A stretch of DNA of 64,000 nucleotides from Guillardia theta CCMP2712 (taxonomy: Eukaryota > Protista > Cryptophyta). The notes under the pieces were generated by a model. The model was not told the origin of the DNA, ran no database searches, and saw only the letters and a program-made list of their open reading frames with translations. Of this stretch, positions 61,484-64,000 are shown piece by piece. The stretch is from positions 870,523-934,522 of the forward strand of contig NW_005434654.1 of the NCBI RefSeq assembly GCF_000315625.1, given 5' to 3'. Made by a program: the position numbers and the translations under genes. Position 1 is the first letter of the stretch, and every line of letters begins with the position of its first letter.

Positions 61484-63194
61484 TCACGCCCTCTCTCGCG
61501 CCTTCTCTTCTAGGATCTTCTCCGCATGCTCCACCAATGGCTGGAACATTTGCTCCAAATCCCTCCCCAGCGCCTCCAGCAGCTGCATCCCTTGCTTCGA
61601 CTTCTGCATCCCCAAGATCGTCGCCCCCTGCCCCCTCCCTGTCAGTCCCTCCCCTGTGAGTCCCTCTGACTCACACTCTCCCTCCTCACCGCAAACATGT
61701 CCGCGTCGAAGTCGTTCAGCAATGTATCGTAGTCTCTTCCCCCGCACATGTGCTTCTCGAACAAGGCCGAGGGACTGCCCGCGGGCTCTTTGGAGGCAAT
61801 GAAGCTGTCCTTGTCCACCTGCGGCATTCTCTCCCGTCAGCCCCTTCCATCTACTCCCTCCCACCTCATCTCAAGTTTCTTTCGTTCATCCATTTCTGAT
61901 CCTTTTCGTTCGCATCCATCCCGATTTATCGCTTGTCTCTCATCCCCCCAACTCTCGCTTTTGTTCCTTTTGTTGCCCAATTTGACCTTTCCTCTCCCTC
62001 ACTGCTACAACTTGTAGACACTCTACCCNNNNNNNNNNNNNNNNNNNNNNNNNNNNNNNNNNNNNNNNNNNNNNNNNNNNNNNNNNNNNNNNNNNNNNNN
62101 NNNNNNNNNNNNNNNNNNNNNNNNNNNNNNNNNNNNNNNNNNNNNNNNNNNNNNNNNNNNNNNNNNNNNNNNNNNNNNNNNNNNNNNNNNNNNNNNNNNN
62201 NNNNNNNNNNNNNNNNNNNNNNNNNNNNNNNNNNNNNNNNNNNNNNNNNNNNNNNNNNNNNNNNNNNNNNNNNGGTTTCGCACACGCATTGGGAGAACCA
62301 GGGGCCGTCCTGGGCTCGTCGCGTACAACCACGTCCCGAACATCACGTAGCAGAAGTACTCAAACTCCGTCGTGACCAGTGACAGCTCCCTGTTCGCGAT
62401 CCTCGCCAGTACCTCCTCCGCGTGCAGTCCGACGATCTTGCACAGAGTATCCGATATGTACACGTGCGCTCGCTTCCCCGTAGACGGATGCAGATGCTGC
62501 TTGACCGTCCCGAGGCTCTGCTCCCTGTAGAACGCTCGCTCAAGCTCCAGATCTTGCTCAGACACTGTCTCGCTCTCCATCAGCAGCTGCCGCTGCAGCC
62601 CTCGACCTTGCTTCTTTACCAGGTCCGCCACGAGGATCTCGATCGCGTGCAGTGCCCGGGAAGCGAGACGAAGATGTTCATCAGCTCCTGCGAGCTGAAG
62701 CCGAACTCCCAGTGCCTCGCCAGCACTCGATCTGGCCAGCCCATGGAGTTCATGTGGTCCCGCAGCAGCGACGGCTTGTCGAAGGACAGGCTTCGGATCC
62801 AGAAGTCAAGCGGCTTTTCTATCTCCACATTCTGCCAACCATGTGGGTCTACATGCGGGAGCGGTTTCATCCATACTTGCGTAGCCTCTTCTTCTGCTCC
62901 TCCACCTCGTTCACCCTGCCGTGAGTGCAGCACATCCATGCTTGGAGATGTTGACTCTGACTCGTCGTCGCACTCCTCCACCTCAAGGCCCTCCTCCTAG
63001 TTGTCCAACGTGTTCACCCGCATCAGCCGCAGCTCGTCATACATACATGCAGAATCTCACTTCAGGTGCTTGCAGCGAGAGCACGGACGAGCTTCGTCGC
63101 ACTTTGCCTTCGCATTCTTGCAAACTAAACAAGAGTTGGAGCCTCTAAGCCTCAAGACCTTCTCCTCCTGCACTCTGATACAGCTTGCTTCCAT
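61484..63194 (-). pseudogene. Disrupted Zn(II)2Cys6 transcription-factor-like gene spanning an assembly gap
   Basis: CLVCKNAKAKCDEARPCSRCKHLK*DSAC fits the binuclear-cluster Cys spacing. In-frame stops TGA (63059-63057) and TAG (62999-62997). Frameshift near 62650. Confidence 0.7.
62029..62273. other. Assembly gap (245 N)
   Basis: Run of N. Confidence 1.
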
Positions 63195-63699
63195 GTGCAG
63201 CCGGGTACATCTGATGATGAAACATTGCATCAGTCTGATGATGAAACATTACATCAGTGGGCAAGACATATAGAGTTTTGACAGCGAAAATTGCAAGATG
63301 AACACTGACAAACTGATGACATCGGGAGATTCACAAGAGAATTGATCAGGAGGGTGCCACGGTGCAGGAGTGACTTTTTATGGTGTGCTCTTGCTCACTG
63401 CATGCAAGGTTGGAAATTGTCACATTTTAGCCTCGAGTCCTTGCAGGCCTTACAGGCCATCCGGATCCTCTTCATGCTCCTGCCAAGCACATCGAAGCGT
63501 CAGTAAATAGGTTAGGGGTCAGTAAGACACATTTGAATGTGTTCGGTTGTTTTTGACTACTGAACAGAGCTGGCCCAACACACTAACTCAGTTCAGAACT
63601 TTTGAGTTTGTGACTGGCTCAATACTTTGTGTATGCGTTAGCAGTAGGCGGTAAGGTCCAAGTTGTTGTTGACTGTAATGGTGGTGGTAATGTCGGTGG

Positions 63700-64000
63700 T
63701 GCAGGCGCAGGGAGCAGGTGCAGGTGCAGGTGCAGGTGCAGGAGGAGCAGGAGAGGGAAGAGGGAGAGGGAGAGGGAGCAGGGAGAGGGAGCAGGGAGAG
63801 AGAGAGGGAGAGGGAGCAGGGAGCAGGGAGCAGGGAGCAGGGAGCAGGGAGCAGGGAGAGGGAGCAGGGAGCAGGGAGCAGGGAGAGGGAGAGGGAGCAG
63901 GGAGCAGGGAGAGGGAGAGGGAGAGGGAGCAGGGAGAGGGAGCAGGGAGCAGGAGGAGCAGGAAGCAGGGAGCAGGGAGCAGGGAGCAGGGAGCAGGGAG
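63700..64000. repeat. Compound G-rich micro/minisatellite (GCAGGT, GGGAGA, AGCAGGG units), running off the window end
   Basis: Seen directly in the sequence. Confidence 0.9.

Noticed and set aside
62997-63059. In-frame TGA/TAG as selenocysteine or stop-codon readthrough
   Set aside because: Two different stops plus a downstream frameshift point to pseudogenisation. Other genes here use these codons as ordinary stops.
63211-63258. Two tandem 24-bp units containing CTGATGA-T-GAAAC, resembling a hammerhead core or a C/D box
   Set aside because: Only one base lies between the core motifs (no stem II) and the flanking stems are not convincing. A simple local duplication explains it.
63700-64000. 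G-rich terminal repeat as a telomere
   Set aside because: Mixed 6- and 7-bp units, and the window edge is arbitrary. It looks like an ordinary compound satellite.

Overview
Gene-dense eukaryotic nuclear DNA with many short (~45-60 nt) GT-AG introns. The style and gene content (bHLH-PAS with a single PAS domain, fungal-type Zn2Cys6 factor) suggest a cryptophyte alga such as Guillardia; this is an inference. The ORF track fragments most genes, so I rebuilt the models by hand from splice signals. The dominant structure is a ~21 kb quasi-palindrome. Two near-identical inverted arms (7863-17578 and 18733-28958) flank a 1154-bp unique spacer. Each arm is the body of one copy of a giant (~3000 aa) predicted type-I surface protein: signal peptide, kelch repeats, LamG-like, Cys-rich, kelch, filamin/Ig-like, TM. 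Arm identity starts inside the signal peptide and stops just before the stop codons, yet both copies have their own in-frame N- and C-termini. They also differ in one diverged, frame-preserving internal island (24 aa vs 195 aa, Ser/Asn-rich). This fits an old paralog pair homogenised by arm-to-arm gene conversion, and the locus could flip. Other genes: a CPA2/Kef-like antiporter, a putative Rad52-fold protein, an LRR protein, a sterol desaturase/fatty-acid hydroxylase, pallidin-like BLOC-1 subunit, GPC1 acyltransferase, a Skp1-like fusion, bHLH-PAS, a Myb/SANT-like protein, PGAM5, kinesin-13, an intronless 1022-aa membrane protein and a Zn2Cys6 pseudogene. Intergenic DNA shows recurring TACCC-rich and CCGG-rich blocks. 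No rRNA, tRNA, CRISPR or intact transposon was recognised.
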